A stretch of DNA of 64,000 bases from an uncultured Pseudomonadales bacterium (lineage in GTDB: Bacteria > Pseudomonadota > Gammaproteobacteria > Pseudomonadales > Porticoccaceae). Below the pieces are notes generated by a model that was not told the DNA's origin, did no database searches, and worked only from the letters and a program-made list of their open reading frames with translations. The position numbers and the translations under genes are program-made. Of the stretch, positions 41,270-49,600 are shown piece by piece (positions within the stretch are counted from its first letter, which is position 1; the number at the start of each line of letters is the position of its first letter). The DNA is taken from the NCBI GenBank assembly GCA_943788875.1, contig CALSSA010000012.1, forward strand, positions 18,855 through 82,854, given 5' to 3'.

Positions 41270-42756
41270 TTGGACTCTCCACTCGGCGCTTTGCACACCA
41301 TTGCTGCAGCGCGTATAAGAGCTCGCGCCTTGTTCATTGTCTCTTCCCATTCCAGCTCGGGAACGGAATCGGCCACTACGCCAGCACCAGCCTGCACATG
41401 TAACATGCCATCTTTAATTACCGCTGTGCGAATGGCGATAGCCGTATCCATATTGCCATTCCAACCAATGTAGCCCACTGCTCCGCCATAGATCCCGCGT
41501 TTTACCGGCTCTAGCTCATCAATAATTTCCATAGCGCGAATCTTTGGCGCGCCGCTCAAGGTGCCAGCAGGCAAGGTAGCCTTGAGTACTTCCAGCGCGC
41601 CCATATCTTCAGTCACGTCACCGACCACATTAGACGTGATATGCATAACATGGGAATATCGCTCAACGACCATTTTCTCGGTCACTTCGACAGTGCCAGT
41701 CTTACTAATACGGCCAACATCGTTGCGGCCAAGGTCTATTAACATCAAATGCTCAGCAATTTCTTTGGGATCGGCGAGCATATCTTGCTCCAGAGCCTGA
41801 TCCTCTTCCTCATTCTGGCCGCGACGTCTAGTACCAGCGATAGGCCTAACTGTAACCTGGCCATCTTCTAAACGAGCCAAGACCTCTGGGGAAGAACCTA
41901 CAATATGGATGCCGTCTAAGTCCAGAAAGTACATGTAGGGAGAGGGGTTGAGCCGACGCAATGCACGATAAAGGTTGATGGGTGCTGCATCAAATGGCGC
42001 CGAAAGGCGCTGAGATGGCACAACCTGCATCACATCACCGGCTAAAACATAGTCTTTGACCCTGTCCACAGCAGCCATATAGTCTTGCTGGCCAAAGCTG
42101 GAAACAAAGGCGTCCTCTCTAATTCCTTCACCTGAAATATTCATCGGCGGTAACTCTGGCGCCGGCTGCGCCAGCTTGCTCTCTAGTTCATCTAAACGCG
42201 CCTCGGCCACCTCTAGGGCTCCAGGCTGTGCAGCATCCACATGAACAACCAGCATAATGGTGCCCGACAGATTGTCGAAGATCGCCACCTCGTCAGAAGC
42301 GAGCAGTAAAATATCCGGCGCGCCCAAATCGTCTTCAGCTGCAGTATTGGCCAGTCGGGGCTCGACAAATCGAACCGTATCATAGCCAAAATAACCCACC
42401 AGGCCGCCAGTAAATCGGGGCAGATCCGGCAGCACAGGCATACTGAAAAGTTGGCGAAAACGCTCAACCTCAGCCAGGGGGTCGCTGGTAGTGCGGTTAA
42501 CCATTGGCTTGCCATCGCGGATGATTTCAAGACGGTTGCCGTAGACCTTGAGCAGCGTCGAGGTCTGCAGCCCGATCAACGAGTAGCGGCCCCATTTCTC
42601 GCCGCCCTGCACCGATTCGAACATATACGAGTTGGCGCCGAAGGCGAGCTTTAAATAAACACTGAGGGGGGTTTCTAGATCAGCCAGCACTTCTCGAGTG
42701 ACTGGAATACGATTGAAATTTTGGCCTGCCAGCTTGGCAAATTCTTCCGGGGTCAT
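41266..42756 (-). CDS. trpE: Anthranilate synthase component I
   Basis: [48 protein letters not shown]. Confidence 0.97.
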   Translation of the reverse strand: MTPEEFAKLAGQNFNRIPVTREVLADLETPLSVYLKLAFGANSYMFESVQGGEKWGRYSLIGLQTSTLLKVYGNRLEIIRDGKPMVNRTTSDPLAEVERFRQLFSMPVLPDLPRFTGGLVGYFGYDTVRFVEPRLANTAAEDDLGAPDILLLASDEVAIFDNLSGTIMLVVHVDAAQPGALEVAEARLDELESKLAQPAPELPPMNISGEGIREDAFVSSFGQQDYMAAVDRVKDYVLAGDVMQVVPSQRLSAPFDAAPINLYRALRRLNPSPYMYFLDLDGIHIVGSSPEVLARLEDGQVTVRPIAGTRRRGQNEEEDQALEQDMLADPKEIAEHLMLIDLGRNDVGRISKTGTVEVTEKMVVERYSHVMHITSNVVGDVTEDMGALEVLKATLPAGTLSGAPKIRAMEIIDELEPVKRGIYGGAVGYIGWNGNMDTAIAIRTAVIKDGMLHVQAGAGVVADSVPELEWEETMNKARALIRAAAMVCKAPSGESK

Positions 42757-42811
42757 GATAGTTTCCTTGAACAGTTTGATTTATACAGGTGCGCGATGCA
42801 CGGAGGCGACA

Positions 42812-42874
42812 CTAGCTGCACCATCGCCACCACGGCTGGATATAATCAAACTGTAAAAAACTAATGGCTCTCAA
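42812..42874 (-). CDS. trpL: Putative trp leader peptide MRAISFLQFDYIQPWWRWCS
   Basis: TTG start 7 nt after AGGAG, three Trp codons (W-W-R-W), stop 55 nt before trpE; absent from the ORF track. Confidence 0.8.
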   Translation of the reverse strand: MRAISFLQFDYIQPWWRWCS

Positions 42875-42900
42875 GACCCATCTCCTGACATTAAGCCAGC

Positions 42901-42929
42901 ATTGTAATCAAATTACGGTTTTCAGTAAA
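42901..42929 (-). promoter_or_regulatory. sigma70 promoter of the trp leader
   Basis: TTTACT-N17-TACAAT on the minus strand directly after the rpe stop. Confidence 0.65.
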
Positions 42930-43601
42930 TTAGCCAGCTGAGGCCAATTGTTCACGCATTTTATCAATCACAGCCCGATAGTCTGGCTGACTAAAAATGG
43001 CCGAGCCTGCAACGAAGGTATCAGCTCCTGCTGCGGCCACCTCAGCAATATTATTAACTCCAACGCCGCCATCGACCTCTAGACGAATATCATAGCCACT
43101 GGCATCAATCATCTGGCGAGCCTGTTTTAATTTATCCAATGTTGAGGGGATAAATTTTTGCCCGCCAAAACCGGGGTTTACAGACATTAACAGTAGCATA
43201 TCCATTTTATCCATCACCCATTTCGCAACATCCAGACCGCTGCCGGGGTTTAAAACCAGACCGGCTTTGCAGCCTAGGTCTCGCACCAGCTGTAATGAAC
43301 GATCAATATGATTGGAGGCTTCTGGATGGAAAGTGATATAGGTTGCGCCTGCATCAGCAAACATACGAATCAAGTCGTCCACTGGCTGCACCATCAGATG
43401 CACATCGATTGGTGCCGTTACACCATGGTCCCGAAGCGCCTTGCACACCATTGGCCCAATGGTGAGGTTGGGCACATAATGGTTATCCATAACATCAAAA
43501 TGAACAATATCGGCCCCAGCTTCGAGTACATTATCAACCTCTTCACCGAGTCGGGCGAAGTTAGCGGCTAGGATGGATGGGGCAATCAAAAAATCAGTCA
43601 T
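42930..43601 (-). CDS. rpe: Ribulose-phosphate 3-epimerase
   Basis: [45 protein letters not shown]. Confidence 0.98.
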   Translation of the reverse strand: MTDFLIAPSILAANFARLGEEVDNVLEAGADIVHFDVMDNHYVPNLTIGPMVCKALRDHGVTAPIDVHLMVQPVDDLIRMFADAGATYITFHPEASNHIDRSLQLVRDLGCKAGLVLNPGSGLDVAKWVMDKMDMLLLMSVNPGFGGQKFIPSTLDKLKQARQMIDASGYDIRLEVDGGVGVNNIAEVAAAGADTFVAGSAIFSQPDYRAVIDKMREQLASAG

Positions 43602-43627
43602 AAGACACCATAATTCAGTTCAGGCGC

Positions 43628-43656
43628 AATGATGCGGCAGAACCCTTTTAGGTGCA
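43628..43656 (-). promoter_or_regulatory. Candidate rpe promoter, overlapped by palindrome GCAAAT-N-ATTTGC (43654-43666)
   Basis: TTGCAC-N17-CATCAT on the minus strand. Confidence 0.4.
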
Positions 43657-43691
43657 AATTATTTGCCCGGCGTGTGTGGATATTATTCCGC

Positions 43692-43834
43692 GAGGTACCT
43701 GTCAGCCGGCACAGGATCAGCGGGTTTATCCCGGTGATCGGCTTTCAATTGCCATCACCATCTGCAATAACGGGTTCAAACAGCGAACCTCTACCTAAGC
43801 CCGTGGATGATCCGCTATCGCCCAGGTAGAAGTT
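43692..43834. other. Hairpin-dense intergenic element (candidate structured RNA)
   Basis: Five adjacent or overlapping inverted repeats in about 140 nt. Confidence 0.45.
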
Positions 43835-43846
43835 GATGCCAAGCAG

Positions 43847-45469
43847 TTATGAATACTCATAGTCCGAAAACTGTTCGCGCAGATCCTTCTTGCTGACCTT
43901 GCCCGTTGCTGTATGGGGAATTTCATCCACAAACACACAGTCTTCTGGTATCCACCAGCTGGCGATCTTACCTTTGAGTGATGTCAGGATATCCTGTTTG
44001 TCCGGTGTAGCGCCCGCAACAGGGATCACAATCAGCAATGGCCGCTCGGTCCATTTTGGATGAGGCACACCGATCACAGCGGCTTCTTGCACCTCGGCAT
44101 GGGCCATGGCTGCATTTTCAACATCAATAGAGCTAATCCATTCACCACCGGACTTAATCACGTCTTTAACGCGGTCAGTGATAATAACGTAGCCATATTC
44201 ATCAATTGACGCCATGTCGCCGGTATCAAACCAGCCATCCGCATCCAGTGCTGGCTTTTCCTCGAGACGATAATAGGCGCGGCACACCCAAGGACCTTTG
44301 ACCAGCAGTAGCCCAGAAGCGACACCATCCCAAGGCAAGTCATTGTTTTCGGAATCAACAATTTTCATCTCAACGCCATAGACGATACGACCGGCGCGAA
44401 CACGGTAGGCATCTTTTTCCTCTTCGGTGCAGTTCGCCATCCAAGCCAGAGGCTTGTTGTAGGATCCCAGGGGGCTCATTTCGGTCATGCCCCAGCCCAC
44501 ATGCATATAGATACCATATTCATCCATTGACTGCATAAGCGACAGTGGGCAGGCAGAGCCGCCAGCAACCACTTTTTTCAACGTTTCTACCGTTTTGCCG
44601 CTGCTCTTCAAATAATCAATCAGGGCCAGCCATACTGTGGGCACACCCAGAGAATAGTTAACCTTTTCCTCGTTAATAAGATGGGTCAATGTCTCACCAT
44701 CAGCCATTTTTGGTCCGGGGAACACCAGTTTGGCGCCAACCATGGGGCCGTTATAGGCGGTGCCCCAGGCATTAACATGGAACATCGGAACTATGGGCAT
44801 AATCACATCATGATTGGACAGGTTCATCACATCCGGTAATGAGCCCACAATAGAATGCAGCACTGTGCTGCGGTGACTGTAGACCACACCTTTTGGATTA
44901 CCCGTGGTGCCAGAGGTATAGCACATGGAACTAGCTGTATTTTCATCAAGTTCCGGCCAGTCGAAGGTATCGGGCTGACCTTCAATAAAGGTTTCATAGC
45001 AGTGTACATTGTCCAGCGATGTCTCTGGCATCTGTGCCGCACTGGTCATGACCACATAGCCTCTGACTGTGGGCAGCTTGTCTTTTAATGCCTCCAGCAG
45101 AGGTACAAACATAGGGTCAGTAAATACCCACTGATCTTCTGCATGGTTGATAATAAAATCAATCTGCTCGGGGAATAATCTTGGGTTAATCGTGTGGCAA
45201 ACATGTCCGGCACAGGAGATAGCGTAATACAGCTCAAAGTGTCGGTAATCATTCCAGGCAAGAGTGGCTATGCGATCACCCTGCTTGAAACCAACTTGCT
45301 GCAGCGCGTTCGCCATCTGGCGAACTCTGCGGAAGGCATCCTTATAGGTATAGCGATGATGAGGATTATCACCAGTAAACGAAACAATTTCACTTGCCCC
45401 ATTAATACGATCCGCATGTTTCATGATTGAGGTAATGGTGAGATGAGAATCCATCATTAAGCCGTTCAT
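43847..45469 (-). CDS. Acyl-CoA synthetase, DmdB/medium-long-chain fatty acid CoA ligase type
   Basis: [41 protein letters not shown]; MNGLMMD..LTITSI N-terminus. Confidence 0.85.
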   Translation of the reverse strand: MNGLMMDSHLTITSIMKHADRINGASEIVSFTGDNPHHRYTYKDAFRRVRQMANALQQVGFKQGDRIATLAWNDYRHFELYYAISCAGHVCHTINPRLFPEQIDFIINHAEDQWVFTDPMFVPLLEALKDKLPTVRGYVVMTSAAQMPETSLDNVHCYETFIEGQPDTFDWPELDENTASSMCYTSGTTGNPKGVVYSHRSTVLHSIVGSLPDVMNLSNHDVIMPIVPMFHVNAWGTAYNGPMVGAKLVFPGPKMADGETLTHLINEEKVNYSLGVPTVWLALIDYLKSSGKTVETLKKVVAGGSACPLSLMQSMDEYGIYMHVGWGMTEMSPLGSYNKPLAWMANCTEEEKDAYRVRAGRIVYGVEMKIVDSENNDLPWDGVASGLLLVKGPWVCRAYYRLEEKPALDADGWFDTGDMASIDEYGYVIITDRVKDVIKSGGEWISSIDVENAAMAHAEVQEAAVIGVPHPKWTERPLLIVIPVAGATPDKQDILTSLKGKIASWWIPEDCVFVDEIPHTATGKVSKKDLREQFSDYEYS

Positions 45470-45587
45470 ACTTTTGCCCCTACGTTTATAGTTGTTATTA
45501 AGATTCAAGGCTACCATTTGTCAATCGCTGAGCAAAACTACAATATGCGGCTTGCGGGTCACGTTTTTAAACCGGTATATTTAATCG

Positions 45588-46079
45588 TTAAAAATACAGC
45601 GGGATCTGCTTAAGGTAAGCCTCTATTTCCTGAAAATCTGGCAGCAACAGATCCTCTCCCTGCACAGCCAAATCTATTTTGACGCAATTCCCCAGATCCT
45701 CAGCACCCTGAGAAGTCATATCGGTACTGGCCTCAACACTAATGGTATGGGGAAAACCCTTGGTCATGATGGCGTAGTATCTATGGCTGTGACCTTCTGA
45801 GTAACTATTTAGCACCAGTATTCTAGTACTGGCACCAAAATCCTTGGCGTCGCGGTTTAGCTGCACTGCAGTAAAGTCGATCAAGGGAATATTTAAATGG
45901 CGCCATTCGATCCAGCCAGCCACCCAGGCTGGCAGCTTGTCACTAGTTATCCGAGCCTGATTCAATACAATTTCGGCCACGGCAGGCATAGGTACCAGCA
46001 GTTGAGACTGACCAACATTAACCGCCAGGCAATCAATTTTTTCGACCACTTCCTGTTTGTCTAAGAAAAATAAACTCAT
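45588..46079 (-). CDS. chpC: CheW-like adaptor ChpC
   Basis: QLLVPMPAVAEI, GWIEWRHLNIPLIDF; last gene of the Chp cluster. Confidence 0.8.
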   Translation of the reverse strand: MSLFFLDKQEVVEKIDCLAVNVGQSQLLVPMPAVAEIVLNQARITSDKLPAWVAGWIEWRHLNIPLIDFTAVQLNRDAKDFGASTRILVLNSYSEGHSHRYYAIMTKGFPHTISVEASTDMTSQGAEDLGNCVKIDLAVQGEDLLLPDFQEIEAYLKQIPLYF

Positions 46080-46675
46080 TGGCTACATGCCTCCATTTGA
46101 TGCGTTTCCATGCATATCCTTTCTGCCAACTGCGCGACAGAGCCCACAAAGTCGGCTTTACCAATGCCTACCACTGCACTTGGCATTGCTGGTGCGGTGC
46201 ACTCTGCGGGATCCTGAACCCAGACCCTGCCACCCCGATCTACAATTGTTTGACAACCTTTTACGCCATCATCTCCCATGCCAGTAAAAATAATTAATCC
46301 AGAATTATGCTTGTATCTAAGCGCCAACCCCAAAGCTAGCGAATCAATAGAGGGGGCGTACTGGCCCTGCCATGGCGAGTCAAAGCGCAGCATCCAGCCC
46401 CGCCTGCAGAGCCTGGTCTCGTACTGGGGCGACACCAAGGTAACTGTACCGGGCTCTATTAGCTGCCCGGTGGTCGCATGACGGGCCGGCCATCCGGTCT
46501 GTGTCTCAATCATTCTCATCAAAATATCGACTTGCTGATTATCAATATGCTGAACATAGATAAAAGCGACCTCCTTGCTTACCGGCACTGCAGAGAGAAA
46601 CTGCTTAACCGCTGACAACCCGCCAGTCGAAGCACCCAGCAACCAAACTCTCTCTGCCGCCTGCTGCATCAGCAT
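46076..46675 (-). CDS. chpB: CheB-type methylesterase ChpB (catalytic domain only)
   Basis: GASTGG, VQHI, TGMGDDG catalytic triad motifs. Confidence 0.87.
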   Translation of the reverse strand: MLMQQAAERVWLLGASTGGLSAVKQFLSAVPVSKEVAFIYVQHIDNQQVDILMRMIETQTGWPARHATTGQLIEPGTVTLVSPQYETRLCRRGWMLRFDSPWQGQYAPSIDSLALGLALRYKHNSGLIIFTGMGDDGVKGCQTIVDRGGRVWVQDPAECTAPAMPSAVVGIGKADFVGSVAQLAERICMETHQMEACSQ

Positions 46676-46677
46676 GC

Positions 46678-49600
46678 CTAACTGTCCTGCACGGCCAGGA
46701 GCTCATCAATGGCATCAAGCAATTGCTCTTCCTGATACGGCTTGCCCATATATTGATTGACGCCAATTTCCATAGCCCGCTGGCGATGCTTGTCACCAGT
46801 CCTTGAGGTAATCATGATGATAGGCAGATGTTTGAGAGACTCACTGGCACGTACACGAGCTGCCACTTCAAAACCGTCCATCCGGGGCATCTCGATATCC
46901 AATAGCATTAATTCAGGCACTTCTTCCTGCAGGTGCTTCATTGCCTCAATGCCATCTTTGGCGGTTGCCACCCCATAGCCATAACGTTTTAAAATACGGC
47001 TGGTCACCTTGCGAACCGTGACAGAATCATCAACTACTAAAATCAGCGGCCCATTGTCGCCAGAGGCAACTTTTTCGCGGTTGACATCTGCGCTGTCGTT
47101 CTGGAGATCAATAGATGATGACTCGGTATTGCTGAGCAATTCGCCATCGCTAATTGCAACTCGCGCTAACTCATTGAGATCAATAATAACCAATACTCGT
47201 CCATCGCTGAGGATCGTTGCACCACCCAAACCTGGAACCATGGAGAACTGCGCACCTAGACTTTTCACAACAATTTCCTGGGTACCGATAATGCCATCAA
47301 CCTGAGCGGCAAAGTAACGGTTGTCAGAGTGAAACAACACCAGAGCGACAGAATCGGTCAACTTATCTAGCCCATGCTCAAGATCTTTATTTAGCAGCGA
47401 GCCGAGATACTGAAATTCATAATCTCTTCCGCCGTAGTGAATATTTCCGTCATTAGCAACAGCTTTGCGTAGGCTATCTGGGCTCATAAAATGGACGCCA
47501 TCAATGCTGTTGAGAGACAGAGCATAGTGGTCACCGGCAACTTTAATCATCAGAGCCCGATTAACTGACAGAGTAAATGGCAACACCACAGTAAACTGAG
47601 TTCCCTGGCCCTTGGACGAATCAATATTGACCGAACCGCCGAGTTGACGCACCTGGCTGCTGACAACATCCATGCCTACCCCGCGACCAGAAATTTCAGA
47701 GACAGAGTCTGCGGTAGTAAACCCAGGGTAAAAAATAAACTGTGCTATTTCATGGTCCGAGAGCAACGCATTTTTATGCATTAACTCTTTCTCAATGGCC
47801 AAGGCTTTAATTCGCTCTATATCTAAACCACAGCCATCGTCGGCGAGATTAATAACAATGTCGCCACCTTGGCGATAGGTGGTAATGGAGATAGTGCCAA
47901 CAGATGGTTTTTTAGCTTTCTTGCGTTGCTTTTCGGCCTCTATACCATGGTCCACCGCATTGCGAATCATATGCTCCAAAGGCGCGACCATTAGGTCTAG
48001 AACAGAACGGTCCATCTCCCCATGAATACTGTCCATACTCAGCTGTACCTGCTTGTCTAACTCAAGACCAACCTGCCGGACAATACGGCGCAAACGCGGC
48101 ACTATGCGTGAAAAGGGCACCATGCGAGTCTGCATCAAACCTTCTTGTAAGTCGGTATTAATACGCGACTGATGAATAAGCAAACTCTCGGTACCCACAA
48201 GCTTGTCAGCCAATGTTTCCTTGAGGTCATAGAGATCTGACGCCGACTCCAGGAGTGAACCAGAGAGTTGTTGTAAATGAGAGTAGCGATCCATTTCGAG
48301 CGGATCAAAACTGTCAGCCTCCCCCAAGGCTTCAATTTTCTCACGGCGATAATCGATCTGCGCTTCAGTTTCAGTACCTAACCTGCGCACCTGTTCCTGA
48401 AGACGCAGAATAGTGGCGTCCATTTCGTCCAGTGAATAATTAAACTCGCTAACCTGCTCTTCAACGCGCCCGCGGAAAATAATATTTTCCCCAGATAGGT
48501 TGACCAAGGTGTCGAGTGTTTCCGATCCGATCCGCACCACTTCCTTTATTTCAATCTGAGAATTGGACGCTTTGCTGCTATCAGCCCGGGGCTTGGTGTC
48601 ACTGTCGCTGGAGCCCTTCTCTGGCATTCCCCCAGTTGGCAAAAGTTCGCTTTCCAGCTTTTTGGCTGGGGCCTTTTCAGCCTCGAGATATTTACTTTCC
48701 AATGCCGCGATCTGTTCACTCAGTTGAGCCAGGCTACGACCAGCAACAATACTTCGAGCGATATCATAACTATTGCTAAGACGCTCCTGACTATTTTCCA
48801 GCTGCTTGAATAAAATGGGGCCTGGTTTATCTGTGCTGTCGATAAGAGTTTCAAAGTCGTGACTGTATTGCCCAATCGCATTAAACCCCGCCATTCTGGC
48901 GCCCCCCTTGAGGGTGTGCAGGTCGCGCTTAAGTCGATCGGGAAATTTTTCTTCCTGAGGATTCTTCTGCCAGCCATGCAAGGACTCTTCGAGGTGATTA
49001 ATAATATCCTCAACTTCCTCGACAAAAATAGCGGCAATCTCTTGATCCAGATCTTGCTCTACCCATTGGGGCCCTGACTGGTCTGAAGCAACGCTCTCTG
49101 GCTGCTGCGGAGGTGACTGCCCTTCAACCTGCTGCTCAGCCACTGCGACATTTTCCTGATGTTCTGCCGGCTCATTTCTCTCTTCTAGCTCTTCCGACCC
49201 TACTCTTTCCATTAGCTCTGGAAGTTGTCCGATTAATTGCCTCAATGCCTGACTGTGCTCTCGCGGAAGCTCTGGAACATTCTGGTCTGCAGCCAACATA
49301 TCAAAGAAATTAAGCAGAGTTTCGTGGCTGTGCTCAAGCAGTGCGTAGGAATCCTCCGGCGGCACTGCAGTCGCAGCAGACAATGTCTGGTATAGATCCA
49401 ACAACAGTCCAGCCAGTTCTGACAGCCCGGGGAAATCTGTGGTTGGCAAAATATCTTGCAGATCGGCAATCAAGGGCTGATAGATTTTTACCGGCGCCAA
49501 AGTTTGCTTTTGCAGATCCTGTAGCAGTTGCAAATAATTTTGTAGATTGGTCAGACCTGTGGCCATCAACTCTTTGATTACTATCATATCTCGAGGACGG

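Noticed and set aside
42805-42830. GGCGATGGTG...TCGCC also resembles the start of a fluoride riboswitch
   Set aside because: Fully explained by the Trp codons and hairpin of the trp leader; downstream riboswitch elements are absent
43698-43760. Resemblance to a fluoride (crcB) riboswitch on the minus strand (GGUGAUGG...UCACC...UAAACC...GCUGAU)
   Set aside because: The P1 loop forms its own hairpin rather than the pseudoknot, the P3 helix is missing and the downstream gene is not a typical fluoride gene; cmscan would settle it
43629-43829. 66-aa plus-strand ORF over the structured intergenic region
   Set aside because: No SD and no recognisable motif; the inverted repeats explain the region better
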